Origin: an uncultured virus (IMG/VR IMGVR_UViG_3300033550_000001) | Lineage: Duplodnaviria > Heunggongvirae > Uroviricota > Caudoviricetes | Virus record (IMG/VR): IMGVR_UViG_3300033550_000001 | DNA length: 31,159 bases | Strand: one strand, 5' to 3' | Part shown: in pieces, positions 1 through 8,355 of the stretch | How positions within the stretch are numbered: the first letter of the stretch is position 1 | Layout of the letters: each line of letters begins with the position of its first letter | Made by a program: the position numbers and the translations under genes | Notes under the pieces: model-generated | What the model saw: the letters and a program-made list of their open reading frames with translations, nothing else | What the model was told of the DNA's origin: nothing | The model's database searches: none

Positions 1-194
1 AGGCCGCCCGTGCCTGCGAACGGCTCGGTGGGGTGCCGGGTGACGTCGCACTCGATGGTCCAGTGCCCGGCGGCCCGTCGGGTGGCGCAGGCGGCCGGGT
101 CCATTTCCAGCCCCGGGCCGTGCAGGCCGAGGGGCCGCAGCACCTCGCTGAAGCCGACGCCCGCGAATATCTCGGTAACCTGCGCGCCGTTCAT
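1..194 (-). CDS. DNA (cytosine-5)-methyltransferase, N-terminal part (runs off window)
   Basis: Manual translation MNGAQVTEIFAGVGFSEVLRPLGLHGPGLEMDPAACATRRAAGHWTIECDV shows motif I (FAGxG), GLExD..AC and CDV of actinobacterial C5-MTases; ATGA overlap with upstream gene. Not in ORF track. Confidence 0.8.
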   Translation of the reverse strand, partial: MNGAQVTEIFAGVGFSEVLRPLGLHGPGLEMDPAACATRRAAGHWTIECDVTRHPTEPFAGTGG

Positions 195-703
195 CCCTCG
201 TCCTCCGCCTCGTCGTCCTCGTCGGCCAGGCCGTCGGCGAGGTCGCCGAGGGTGTAGCCGCTCCAGCACCGCGCGCAGTAGAAGGCGGCGTCCTTCCGGT
301 CCGGGAGGTCGGAGGGCTTCGCGAACAGTCGCTCCGTGGCGTGGCTGCACGACTGGCAGCGCAGTATGGCGATGGACCGGAACACGATCTTTCGCCGGTT
401 CATCTCCGCCCGCAGGGCCCGCGCGTAGTCGTAGACGAAGCCTTTGTCCTGACCGGAGAACACCGTGCTGGTCAGCTCGCAGAGCTGCGCCCGGCGCAGC
501 ACCGTCGCGTCGTCCAGGCGTTCCCACTGCGAGCGGAACGCCGGCGAAGTGCGGTAGCCCTTGGCCCGCCGCAGCAGGTCGGCGAACTCTTCCGCCGTCG
601 GGGCGGTGTACCCCTCGGGCGGCCAGACCCTGTACCGGGGCGCGTAGTCGTTGTCCCGCTTCATCTCCAGCAGGGCCCGGCGGGACAGTGTGTCGACGGC
701 CAT
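191..703 (-). CDS. hypothetical protein, C-terminal Zn-finger (CxxC...CxxC) and acidic tail
   Basis: 170 aa; GAGGTGA RBS; CQSC and CARC pairs. Confidence 0.75.
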   Translation of the reverse strand: MAVDTLSRRALLEMKRDNDYAPRYRVWPPEGYTAPTAEEFADLLRRAKGYRTSPAFRSQWERLDDATVLRRAQLCELTSTVFSGQDKGFVYDYARALRAEMNRRKIVFRSIAILRCQSCSHATERLFAKPSDLPDRKDAAFYCARCWSGYTLGDLADGLADEDDEAEDEG

Positions 704-704
704 G

Positions 705-1166
705 TCACCTCGCCCGCTTCACGGAGTGGAGGGTGAACCGGAAGTTGGCCCGCGCGCCGAACCGGGCGCGCACCTGCTTCAGCGCCTCGTACCGCGCCTC
801 CAGCTCGGTGCGTGCGGAGACGAACACCGGCAGCAGGCTGTCCCGGCTGCCGTCCTCCGCCATCGCCTTGTGCTGGAGCGTGACGGTCCAGCGGCGGTAG
901 GTCTCCCGGCGCGGGAACACCTGCGAGGGGCGGTAGCGGCGGGACTGCTCCTCGCCGGCCTTGGCGCAGTACAGGTGCGTGCGGTCGGTGCGCACGTAGA
1001 CGGCCGGGAACTCCACCTCGTCGCCGTCCTCGTCCAGCGTGCGGATGGTCACCGGCTGGCCCATCGTCGCCTCGCCGGGGCGCAGGTGCACCAGCCCGGG
1101 GCGGACGCGGGACGCGGGGCCGGACGGCTTGCGCCGCACCGGTCGCTCCACGGAGTAGCTGGTCAT
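705..1166 (-). CDS. hypothetical protein
   Basis: 153 aa; preceded by GACCAAGGAA start motif and operator/promoter. Confidence 0.75.
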   Translation of the reverse strand: MTSYSVERPVRRKPSGPASRVRPGLVHLRPGEATMGQPVTIRTLDEDGDEVEFPAVYVRTDRTHLYCAKAGEEQSRRYRPSQVFPRRETYRRWTVTLQHKAMAEDGSRDSLLPVFVSARTELEARYEALKQVRARFGARANFRFTLHSVKRAR

Positions 1167-1212
1167 GGGGCCCTACTTTCCTTGGTCTTTGGTCTCCGAC
1201 CTAACGGCCGTT

Positions 1213-1252
1213 ATGACTTAATTAAACCATGAAGCCCCGGGGCGGACAACCC
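1213..1252 (-). promoter_or_regulatory. cassette promoter (TTGTCC-17-TTTAAT) overlapped by palindromic operator 1213-1230
   Basis: ATGACTTAATTAAACCAT; the -35 lies in the GCCCCGGGG hairpin 1234-1258. Confidence 0.7.
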
Positions 1253-1271
1253 CGGGGCACAGGTTCTGCGG

Positions 1272-1427
1272 TCAGTCCTCGTCCGGGACGTGCACGCGGA
1301 ACGTGTCGCTGGCCGGGTCCATCCGCACCTCGGCCTGTCCGCCGTTGCTGCGGATCTCCTGCGCCTTCGCCTCGGCCGGCTTGACGCCGCGCGGGTGGCC
1401 CGCCGGCGACGTGAACACCACTGCCAT
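1272..1427 (-). CDS. small hypothetical protein (51 aa, MAVVFTSPAGHPRGVKPAEAKAQEIRSNGG...)
   Basis: Manual translation; GACCAAGGAATGAGGAAG start motif upstream; below ORF-track cutoff. Confidence 0.7.
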   Translation of the reverse strand: MAVVFTSPAGHPRGVKPAEAKAQEIRSNGGQAEVRMDPASDTFRVHVPDED

Positions 1428-1515
1428 GATCTTCCTCATTCCTTGGTCGGGCGCTCGGACTGAGCTGCCTCACAGGGGGCGCGGACGGCTCACCGGCCGC
1501 GCCCCCGGGCGGCGT

Positions 1516-1794
1516 TCAGCGCGCGGAGGCGTTCCCCGGGAACGTCGGCACCCCGGCGGCCTCGTTCCACGCCGCGAAGTCCTCGCCGGGCATCCCGTTC
1601 GACAAGGACCCCAGCGCCGTGGCGGCAGCGCCGGCGAGGGTCGCGTGGACCAGGGCGGCGGTCAGGTCCGCCGTACGCCGGGCGATCCGCTCCTCTCCGG
1701 ACATGTCCGCCTTCCAGCCGGTGTCCGCGTTCTCCCACGTCTCGGCCTGGCGCTGAAACCGTTCGGCCTCCAGGTAGTGCTCGGGTCCGGTCAT
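1516..1794 (-). CDS. hypothetical protein (MTGPEHYLEAERF...)
   Basis: 92 aa; GAGGAA RBS; GC-rich third positions. Confidence 0.75.
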   Translation of the reverse strand: MTGPEHYLEAERFQRQAETWENADTGWKADMSGEERIARRTADLTAALVHATLAGAAATALGSLSNGMPGEDFAAWNEAAGVPTFPGNASAR

Positions 1795-1861
1795 CGTGTC
1801 GGTTCCTCTCGTGTTCGGTGGGCCGGGGCCGCCGGTCGACGGCCCCGGGTCTGTCTGTCGG

Positions 1862-2275
1862 TCAGGCGCTGACCAGTTCGCGGGTCTTCGCCGGGCGCAC
1901 CGTCTGGCGGACGGTCACCGGGGCGCCGCCGGCCAGGACCATGAGCACCACGGCCGCCCTGTACTCCGCCTTGCGCGGCCTGTAGTTCCGCAGCAGGACG
2001 TCCACCTGTGCGGCGGTGTAGTGGTAGGTCCGGCGGGTCCGGCTCTCCGAGCCGCGCACGGTGCGGTGGCGGCGGACGACCTTGACGGGCTCGACGCCGA
2101 GGCGCTTGGCCACGGAGCGCAGGCCGTTCGCCACACCCTCGGCCGCCTCGGCGTCCACGCCGGCCGCGAGGGCGTGGGTGGCGAGGGCGCGGCCTCGGTG
2201 CAGCGAGCGGGCCAGCCGGGTGGCGGCGGAGCGCTGGGCGACGATCCGGCGGCGGAGGCGGGAGGTCTGCGTCAT
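1862..2275 (-). CDS. basic hypothetical protein
   Basis: 137 aa; full start motif at 2280-2298 and promoter upstream. Confidence 0.75.
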   Translation of the reverse strand: MTQTSRLRRRIVAQRSAATRLARSLHRGRALATHALAAGVDAEAAEGVANGLRSVAKRLGVEPVKVVRRHRTVRGSESRTRRTYHYTAAQVDVLLRNYRPRKAEYRAAVVLMVLAGGAPVTVRQTVRPAKTRELVSA

Positions 2276-2318
2276 GGTCGGTTCCTCGTTCCTTGGTCTG
2301 TCGCCGGTCCTCCCGGCG

Positions 2319-2358
2319 ATGACTTAATTAAATCATAGACTCGCGACGGGGGCAACCC
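2319..2358 (-). promoter_or_regulatory. cassette promoter (TTGCCC-17-TTTAAT) with operator 2319-2336
   Basis: ATGACTTAATTAAATCAT. Confidence 0.7.
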
Positions 2359-2369
2359 CGGGACGCGAA

Positions 2370-2401
2370 GAAGCCCCGGAGCAACGCGGCTCCGGGGCTT
2401 T
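2370..2401 (-). terminator. GC hairpin terminator
   Basis: AAGCCCCGGAGC-loop-GCTCCGGGGCTT just after the stop at 2416. Confidence 0.7.
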
Positions 2402-2415
2402 GGTGCGGCTGGCAG

Positions 2416-2595
2416 TCAGGCCGACCGCGCGGTGAACCCGTTGGCTGTGCGGCGGACCTCCACGCCGGGGCCGACGATGCGGCCGGCGACGATCCGGGTC
2501 CCGCTCGGGGCGAGCTGGTCCATCGCGTCCAGCAGCTCGGCGACCTGGACAGCGAGGGCCAGGGCCCGCTCCTCCATGTCACGGATCTCGCGCAT
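2416..2595 (-). CDS. small hypothetical protein
   Basis: MREIRDMEERALALAVQVAELL...; purine-rich RBS. Confidence 0.65.
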   Translation of the reverse strand: MREIRDMEERALALAVQVAELLDAMDQLAPSGTRIVAGRIVGPGVEVRRTANGFTARSA

Positions 2596-2617
2596 GCTTC
2601 CCTTCACGGTGTCCCCC

Positions 2618-3040
2618 TCAGTACCACTGGCCGTCGGCGTTGCGGCGGGTCACGTACGTCTGCACGGTCCGGACCGTGTCCGACCAGAGACCGGGCAGCT
2701 CGTACCGGACGGACGCGTGGTGCCGGTACGTGGCCGCCACGACGACCGGGAAGTGGTCGCCGTGCAGGCTGTGCATGGTGACCGTGTCGCCGGCGCGCAG
2801 CCCGAGGAAGTCGGGCGACTCGACCATCGCCGCGCCCTCCCACCACCGGCGGTAGTCCGCAGGGTTTCCGCGCGGCGTCTCGGGCATCGGCTCGAACAGG
2901 TCGCCGGGCCGGTAGTCGTAGTGGACGCCGGGGTCCAGCGCGTACCGGGTCAGGGACAGGGTCGGGCTGTAGAGGTGGCCCCGGTCCAGTGCCGCCGGGA
3001 CGGCGGACTGCGGGAGAGTCTGCGTGTCGGTCGTGGTCAT
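2618..3040 (-). CDS. hypothetical protein
   Basis: Start set at MTTTDTQ behind start motif 3044-3060; ATGA overlap. Confidence 0.7.
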   Translation of the reverse strand: MTTTDTQTLPQSAVPAALDRGHLYSPTLSLTRYALDPGVHYDYRPGDLFEPMPETPRGNPADYRRWWEGAAMVESPDFLGLRAGDTVTMHSLHGDHFPVVVAATYRHHASVRYELPGLWSDTVRTVQTYVTRRNADGQWY

Positions 3041-3633
3041 GCTGTCCTCGTTCCTTGGTCGTCGTGCGCGAAGTCGATGGCCCGGTCCAAGGCGGGCCAG
3101 AGCCGGCCGTCCCGGCCCCACACGGGGTCGATGACGGCGAGCAGCACGCCCTCACGGATCAGCCCCCGGCGGGCGCGGCGGCCGATGCCGGGCAGCTCCG
3201 AACCGAGCTGGAGGCGGCCGGGACGGCCTCCGAAGCCGGTGTGCGGCTCGCCGCCCCACCGGGTCGCCAGCAGGCCGCGAGACGGCCCCACAGCGCTTCC
3301 GGGGCCGTACGCGGTGACGATGAGCCCGGCCGCCCGCGCGGTCCGTACGAGGAGCCGCAGCAGCGGGTCCCCGCCGGCGATCCAGCCCTGCACGGCCGCG
3401 CGCTGCTCCCACCGGCGGCCGTCGAACGCCTCGGCGTCCATACCCGGCTGCGAGTCGGTGGTGACGTAGCCGCGCCGGTTCAGCCGGGCAAGCACCGGCA
3501 CCAGGTGCGCCGTCTCCTCGTCCGGCCGCGCGGCGCCGTACCCGGGCCGCGCGTCGATGCGGCCCTCCAGCCAGCCGGCCATCGCCGCGCCCACCTCGTC
3601 GATGCTGCGGGCGTCGCGCCAGATCCGGTCCAT
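3037..3633 (-). CDS. DUF6919-like hypothetical protein
   Basis: WLEGRI..PGY..PDEET..LVPVLARLNRRGYVTTDSQPG pattern; GGAGGAA RBS. Confidence 0.65.
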   Translation of the reverse strand: MDRIWRDARSIDEVGAAMAGWLEGRIDARPGYGAARPDEETAHLVPVLARLNRRGYVTTDSQPGMDAEAFDGRRWEQRAAVQGWIAGGDPLLRLLVRTARAAGLIVTAYGPGSAVGPSRGLLATRWGGEPHTGFGGRPGRLQLGSELPGIGRRARRGLIREGVLLAVIDPVWGRDGRLWPALDRAIDFAHDDQGTRTA

Positions 3634-3715
3634 GGCTTCCTCCGTCCTCGGTTCCTCGGTCAGGGTGGGGCAGGGCCCCGGTATCGCCAACGCGGCGCCG
3701 GGGCCCGGCGGGTGG

Positions 3716-3964
3716 TCAGGCGCGACGGCGCAGGAAGGGGAACGGGTCCACGGCGTCGGCGTCGGTGAACAGCCAGGCGTCGAACTTGTCGGGCCCCATG
3801 CGCTTCTCCAGCTCGTCTATCAGCCAGCCCCGCGTGACGGCCAGTTCCTCGCTCATCGGCAGCGTCTCGGACGTCAGCCACGTCACGCTCAGGGCCTCGT
3901 CCGACATGCGGCTGATCTTCTCCTGGACTGCTGTCACGGCCTCGCGCAGTGCGTTCGCGTCCAT
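3716..3964 (-). CDS. hypothetical protein
   Basis: MDANALREAV...; start motif 3967-3984. Confidence 0.75.
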   Translation of the reverse strand: MDANALREAVTAVQEKISRMSDEALSVTWLTSETLPMSEELAVTRGWLIDELEKRMGPDKFDAWLFTDADAVDPFPFLRRRA

Positions 3965-4005
3965 GTGTTCCTCGTTCCTTGGTCTGTCAGCGGTCAACCC
4001 CGTCG

Positions 4006-4047
4006 ATGAATTGATTAAATCATAAGGCGGGCCAGCGGGGCAACCCC
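4006..4047 (-). promoter_or_regulatory. cassette promoter (TTGCCC-18-TTTAAT) with operator 4006-4023
   Basis: ATGAATTGATTAAATCAT; hairpin 4057-4090 immediately upstream. Confidence 0.7.
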
Positions 4048-4104
4048 GGACACGGCGAAGCCCCGGGACCGCGAGGGTCGCCGGGGCTCCGTGTCGAAAT
4101 ATTT

Positions 4105-4338
4105 CTACACACGGTCCACGCGGAACGCGTAGCCACTGCCCTCGTGCTTCATCTGCTCGCCGGCCGGACGGTGGGCGAAGTCGGCGGCGAACCGGCGGGC
4201 CTCGCCGCGCGGCACGCGGGAGTTGTCCATCAGGCAGTACGCCACGGCGAACTCCACCTCGCGCAGCGTGCGCAGTGGGGTCGGGTTGGCCCTCACCGTG
4301 CCGTCGGGCAGGGTGCGGGTCAGGGTGTAGCTGGGCAT
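4105..4338 (-). CDS. hypothetical protein
   Basis: MPSYTLTRTLPDG...; start motif variant 4340-4359. Confidence 0.7.
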   Translation of the reverse strand: MPSYTLTRTLPDGTVRANPTPLRTLREVEFAVAYCLMDNSRVPRGEARRFAADFAHRPAGEQMKHEGSGYAFRVDRV

Positions 4339-4372
4339 CGGTTCCTCGTTTCCTCGGTCGGGCGGCCGGTGG

Positions 4373-4579
4373 TCACCAGTCGCCGTCGAATCCGTAGTCC
4401 TCGGGCGTCTCGCCGAGGCAGACCGGACAGCAGCACCGGCAGGTGGACTCCCGCCCGGTGCAGCGACTCCACATGCAGCCGTCACCGTGGCCCCGGCACA
4501 GGTCCCCGGCCTCCACGTACTCCCACGGGCCGAACGGGTCCGCCTCGGGGTCCCAGGCGAGAGCGGGGCGCCGAGTCAC
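4373..4579 (-). CDS. small Cys-rich hypothetical protein
   Basis: GTG start in GTGA overlap; CRGHGDGC...CRCCCPVC. Confidence 0.6.
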   Translation of the reverse strand: MTRRPALAWDPEADPFGPWEYVEAGDLCRGHGDGCMWSRCTGRESTCRCCCPVCLGETPEDYGFDGDW

Positions 4580-4917
4580 GCTGTTCGCCACATGCCCGGG
4601 TAGCACAGCGTGTGGTCGTCGCCGGGGCGCTTCTCATCCCCGCACCAGCAGGTGGTGTCGGCGGGCAGGTCCAGCGCCGTCTCCAGGTTCTCCACCGTCG
4701 CCTTGTCGTTGACGGCCCGGACGAGGCCGGACAGGTCCAGGGTCACGGTCAGGGCGACCGACGCCGTCCGGGACGCCTCGAACCGCCCGGTGCCTCCGGG
4801 CGCGAGGGTCTTCAGGTGGGCGTCGATCAGGTCCCGCGCGGCCTCCAGCATCTCCAATGCCTCGCGGGCGGTGGCCGCGTTCCAGGTGTAGCGCGGCGGG
4901 TCGAACTGCGTTGCCAT
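4576..4917 (-). CDS. hypothetical protein
   Basis: 113 aa; start motif upstream. Confidence 0.75.
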   Translation of the reverse strand: MATQFDPPRYTWNAATAREALEMLEAARDLIDAHLKTLAPGGTGRFEASRTASVALTVTLDLSGLVRAVNDKATVENLETALDLPADTTCWCGDEKRPGDDHTLCYPGMWRTA

Positions 4918-4920
4918 GGC

Positions 4921-5367
4921 TTCCTCGTTTCCTTGGTCGCAGGGAAGCCCCGGGCCCGACGGCCCGGGGCGGGTGGGTCACGGCGCCGGGAGCGGCCAGC
5001 CGCCCATGCCGGTACGGCGGTTGCTGTCGGGGCTGTCGACGTCGCGCGGCCGGTTGTCCTCCACGATCCGGCGCATCCACTCGGGCATCTCCATCACGGG
5101 CGGGAAGTGCTCCGCCGCGTTGTGGAACTCCACAGTGATGTCCACGCGGGAGACGTCCTGGCGGATGCCGTACTGGATGCGCAGGCCGTACGCCTTCCGA
5201 CGGCCTCCGGTGAATGTCTTGACGACCGGCCGGTCCGGCAGGTTCACGCGGACCTCGTGGCTGATCTCCCGGACGACTGCCGTCACGTCGGTGGTCTGGC
5301 TCATCGGTTCCTCGTTTCCTTGGTCGCAGGGAAGCCCCGGGCCGTCGGACCCGGGGCGGGCGGATCA
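4921..5367. repeat. 60-bp near-identical direct repeats (4921-4980, 5308-5367) flanking one gene
   Basis: First 36 bp identical: TTCCTCGTTTCCTTGGTCGCAGGGAAGCCCCGGGCC. Confidence 0.9.
4978..5304 (-). CDS. hypothetical protein
   Basis: 108 aa; start motif upstream. Confidence 0.75.
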   Translation of the reverse strand: MSQTTDVTAVVREISHEVRVNLPDRPVVKTFTGGRRKAYGLRIQYGIRQDVSRVDITVEFHNAAEHFPPVMEMPEWMRRIVEDNRPRDVDSPDSNRRTGMGGWPLPAP

Positions 5368-5697
5368 CTCGCCGACGCTGCCGAGGTAGGCGGCGAGGTC
5401 GGTGCGCAGGCCGCCCCAGATGGCCAGGGTGTACTCGGCCGCGATGACGCGCTGCTCGTCGCCGGCCGCGCGGGCCTCGGCGAGCTTGCGCCGGAACCCC
5501 TGCTCAATGGCGTCCTCGCTCAGGCCGTCCCGCGTGCGCAGGGTGGACAGGGTGCGGGCGGCGGTGGCGAAGCCGACGGTGGCCATGTTCTGGGCGACGC
5601 CGGACGCCATGCCGTCGTCCACCACCTTGTGCAGCAGGTAGCTGTCGGCGGCCTCGCGGGCGTTCCGCAGCATCGGGCGGTCGTGGGTGTCGGTCAT
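5365..5697 (-). CDS. hypothetical protein
   Basis: MTDTHDRPML...; start motif 5700-5717. Confidence 0.75.
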   Translation of the reverse strand: MTDTHDRPMLRNAREAADSYLLHKVVDDGMASGVAQNMATVGFATAARTLSTLRTRDGLSEDAIEQGFRRKLAEARAAGDEQRVIAAEYTLAIWGGLRTDLAAYLGSVGE

Positions 5698-5726
5698 GGG
5701 TCCCTCGTTCCTTGGTCGGTCGTGCG

Positions 5727-5767
5727 ATGACTTAATTAAACCATCACTCGGCCGGTTGGACAACCCC
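5727..5767 (-). promoter_or_regulatory. cassette promoter (TTGTCC-17-TTTAAT) with operator 5727-5744, overlapping the epimerase 3' end
   Basis: ATGACTTAATTAAACCAT; the -35 lies in codons GVVQ. Confidence 0.7.
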
Positions 5768-6661
5768 GAGCGCGCGGCAGATGCCGTCCTCCAGCCGGAC
5801 CCGGGGCCGGTGGTAGCGGTGCATCCGGGCCGGGTCGCCGACCCGGTACTCCACGCCCGCCGGCCGCCCCGGCAGCGGCTTGACCTCCGGGGCGTACCCG
5901 GCGACCGCCGCCATCGTCCGGGCGAGATCGAGGAACGAGGTCCCCCGTCCAGTGCACAGGTTCACCGGCTCCGTCGTGCCCGCCTCGGCGACAGCGAGCG
6001 CCCCGGCCACGACGTCGTCCACGTGAATCCAGTCGCGCACCTGCGCGCCGCTGCCCCACACCTCCAACGGGTCCTCCCGGCGCAGCACCCGGCCGAGGAT
6101 CGCCCGGAACGGGTACGCCTCGTCCTGGTCCTCGCCGTACCCGGAGAACGGCCGCACGACGGTCACCGGCACCCCGCTGTCGCGGAGGCGGGCGGCGAGG
6201 AGTTCGCCGGTCACCTTGGACCAGCCATACACCTGGTCCGGCTGCTGCACCACGTCCAGGTCCACGTCGTCCTCGCGCAGCCGGTAGCCGCTGCGCGCCG
6301 ACCACTTCGTCTGAAACCACACCGGGTAGGCGGCGGAGCTGGAGAAGTACAGCACCCGGCCGGGCCGCGCGACGGCCGCCCACCGGAACATCTCCGCGTC
6401 GATGCTCAGCGACTCCGCCGTGGCGAGCGGGTCGCCGTCGATGGTGGACCGGCCGCCGACGACCGCCGCGCAGTGCACGACGAGATCAAACGTCGGGGAC
6501 GGCGGGTTCCGGTAGGTGAGCTGCCGTCGGAAGAAGGCCCGGCAGTCCTGCGCCGAGGACGCCTTCGTGTCCAGGCCGGTCACGTCGTACCCGCGCCGCC
6601 TCAGCTCCGCCGCGAAATGCCTCCCGAGGAAGCCCCTGTCGCCGGTGACCAGCGCCCTCAT
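5744..6661 (-). CDS. NAD-dependent epimerase/dehydratase (extended SDR)
   Basis: TGDRGFLG Rossmann motif, SSSAAY, YGWSK (YxxxK), RDWIHVDDVV; ATGA overlap with GT. Confidence 0.92.
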   Translation of the reverse strand: MRALVTGDRGFLGRHFAAELRRRGYDVTGLDTKASSAQDCRAFFRRQLTYRNPPSPTFDLVVHCAAVVGGRSTIDGDPLATAESLSIDAEMFRWAAVARPGRVLYFSSSAAYPVWFQTKWSARSGYRLREDDVDLDVVQQPDQVYGWSKVTGELLAARLRDSGVPVTVVRPFSGYGEDQDEAYPFRAILGRVLRREDPLEVWGSGAQVRDWIHVDDVVAGALAVAEAGTTEPVNLCTGRGTSFLDLARTMAAVAGYAPEVKPLPGRPAGVEYRVGDPARMHRYHRPRVRLEDGICRALGVVQPAE

Positions 6662-7380
6662 GCCGCCGCCGTCCCGTACTCCGCGCGCACGCGGCGCAGC
6701 GCCCCGGCGAGGCCCGTGCCGTCCCGGAAGTCCAGCCACGCGCGCCGGTCGGCGGCGTCGGCGTCGGGGGCGTTGACGGCCGCGTACCGCTCGTCCATGG
6801 CCGCCTTGCCCGCCGCCGGGTGCAGGTGCTCCACGACGACGTCCGGCAGGTACCGCAGGCCGCCGAGGCGCTGGCCCAGCTCCTGCCAGAAGTTGTCGAC
6901 GTACAGGTGCCGCAGGACCGGCGGCGCCATGAAGCCGAGCGCCCGCACCAGCCGGGACGGCATGAACGCGGCCGTCGGCAGGGCCTCGCCCTGGAGCAGG
7001 TCGTCGCAGTAGACGACGGCCGGGCCGGGTCCGGCGAGCGCGCCGAGGACGTGCGCGTCCCACCCGGCGGTGCGCGGCAGGTGGTCGTCACCCATGAAGC
7101 CCAGCGCGCTGTACTCGCCGGCGAACCGGCCGGCCGCGTGGTTCAGGGCGGCCGACATGCCGGTGCCGCCCTCGCCGTCGTGGACGGTCAGGTGCGCGAT
7201 CTCGCCGACCCCCGCGCGCTCCCGGTAGCCGGGGAGTTCGGGGTCGTCGGCGTCCACGACGAAGATCAGGGCTGCGTTGAGGGAACCTGTGTCGGTGAAC
7301 GCCTGTTGGAGACGGGCGGCGTTTCGCGGCCGTCCCCGCGTGGGGACGAGGACCGCCAGGGGCGGGGTGGTCTGCGTCAT
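6658..7380 (-). CDS. glycosyltransferase family 2 (GT-A)
   Basis: VLVPTRGRP, VVDADDP, GFMGDDH (DxD-like), HLYVDN, EHLHP. Confidence 0.8.
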   Translation of the reverse strand: MTQTTPPLAVLVPTRGRPRNAARLQQAFTDTGSLNAALIFVVDADDPELPGYRERAGVGEIAHLTVHDGEGGTGMSAALNHAAGRFAGEYSALGFMGDDHLPRTAGWDAHVLGALAGPGPAVVYCDDLLQGEALPTAAFMPSRLVRALGFMAPPVLRHLYVDNFWQELGQRLGGLRYLPDVVVEHLHPAAGKAAMDERYAAVNAPDADAADRRAWLDFRDGTGLAGALRRVRAEYGTAAA

Positions 7381-7451
7381 GCGCCGGACCGTACCGAGGA
7401 TTCGCTGAATCACCGCACCGGTCGCTGCGCTCCCGGGCTCACCGGCGCGAC

Positions 7452-7483
7452 GAAGCCCCGGGCCGCGAGGGCTCCGGGGCTTC
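7452..7483 (-). terminator. GC hairpin terminator
   Basis: GAAGCCCCGG...CCGGGGCTTC after the stop at 7498. Confidence 0.7.
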
Positions 7484-7497
7484 GGTCGGTCGGCGGG

Positions 7498-8223
7498 TCA
7501 GACGGTGGCCGGCTGCGGCGCGCGGTCCGTCTTGTAGGCGAAGAACCGGCGCACCTCGTCGCGGGTGAAGCGGTTCGTCCACCCGTCGTCGGACTGGGCG
7601 ATGATGCCGCCGCGCTCGACCACGAGGACCGTGAAGCGGTCCCAGTGCCCGGAGGCGATGCCGTCCTTCACCAGCCGGTCGCCGACGCCGACCGGGACCT
7701 GGACGCTGCCACCGGTGAAGCGCGTGTACCTGATGAACACCCCGGGCGTACCCTCCGGGACGACCCCGGCCCGCGCGGTGAGGTCGTCCGTCAGGTGTTC
7801 CTGGATCAGGTCGTACAGCGGCTCGGTGCGGTAGTGGTTCTCCGGGTCGTACACGCCCCGGGCCAGCCGCTCGAACACCGGCCGCAGCTCCCCGCTGTCC
7901 GGGGCGAGGTGGACGAAGGCCAGCCGCAGCGCCTCGTTGTCCAGCGGCGGCACGTAGCCGCGCCGGTCGGCGTCGGCGATGACCGCGTCCGCGCACTGGC
8001 GGGCGAGGTCCGCCGGGTGGGTCTTCTCGCCGGCGACGGCGGCCATGCAGCCGGGGCAGGTCAGCGCGTCCTCGGTGAGCCGGGCCGGGTCCAGCTTCTC
8101 GTAGTGGCGGACGACGGCGTAGCGGCCGGCGTCGCACGCGACGTCGATGAAGAACCCGGTGTGCGAGTTGAGCAGGCCCTGGTGGACGGTGCCCGCGTGG
8201 CCGGTGACGTTGCGACGGTCCAT
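7498..8223 (-). CDS. hypothetical protein, N-terminal H/C Zn-binding motif
   Basis: 241 aa; TVH...AC...TCPGC; start motif 8226-8242. Confidence 0.75.
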   Translation of the reverse strand: MDRRNVTGHAGTVHQGLLNSHTGFFIDVACDAGRYAVVRHYEKLDPARLTEDALTCPGCMAAVAGEKTHPADLARQCADAVIADADRRGYVPPLDNEALRLAFVHLAPDSGELRPVFERLARGVYDPENHYRTEPLYDLIQEHLTDDLTARAGVVPEGTPGVFIRYTRFTGGSVQVPVGVGDRLVKDGIASGHWDRFTVLVVERGGIIAQSDDGWTNRFTRDEVRRFFAYKTDRAPQPATV

Positions 8224-8252
8224 GGTCCCTCGTTCCTTGGTCGGTGTTGCTG

Positions 8253-8294
8253 ATGAATTGATTAAATCATAGGTGTTCCGAAGGGGACAACCCC
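8253..8294 (-). promoter_or_regulatory. cassette promoter (TTGTCC-18-TTTAAT) with operator 8253-8270
   Basis: ATGAATTGATTAAATCAT; hairpin 8306-8334 upstream. Confidence 0.7.
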
Positions 8295-8355
8295 GGAGAC
8301 GACGAGAGCCCCGGAACCATACGGCTCCGGGGCTGTGCGACCAACCGGCCGGCGG

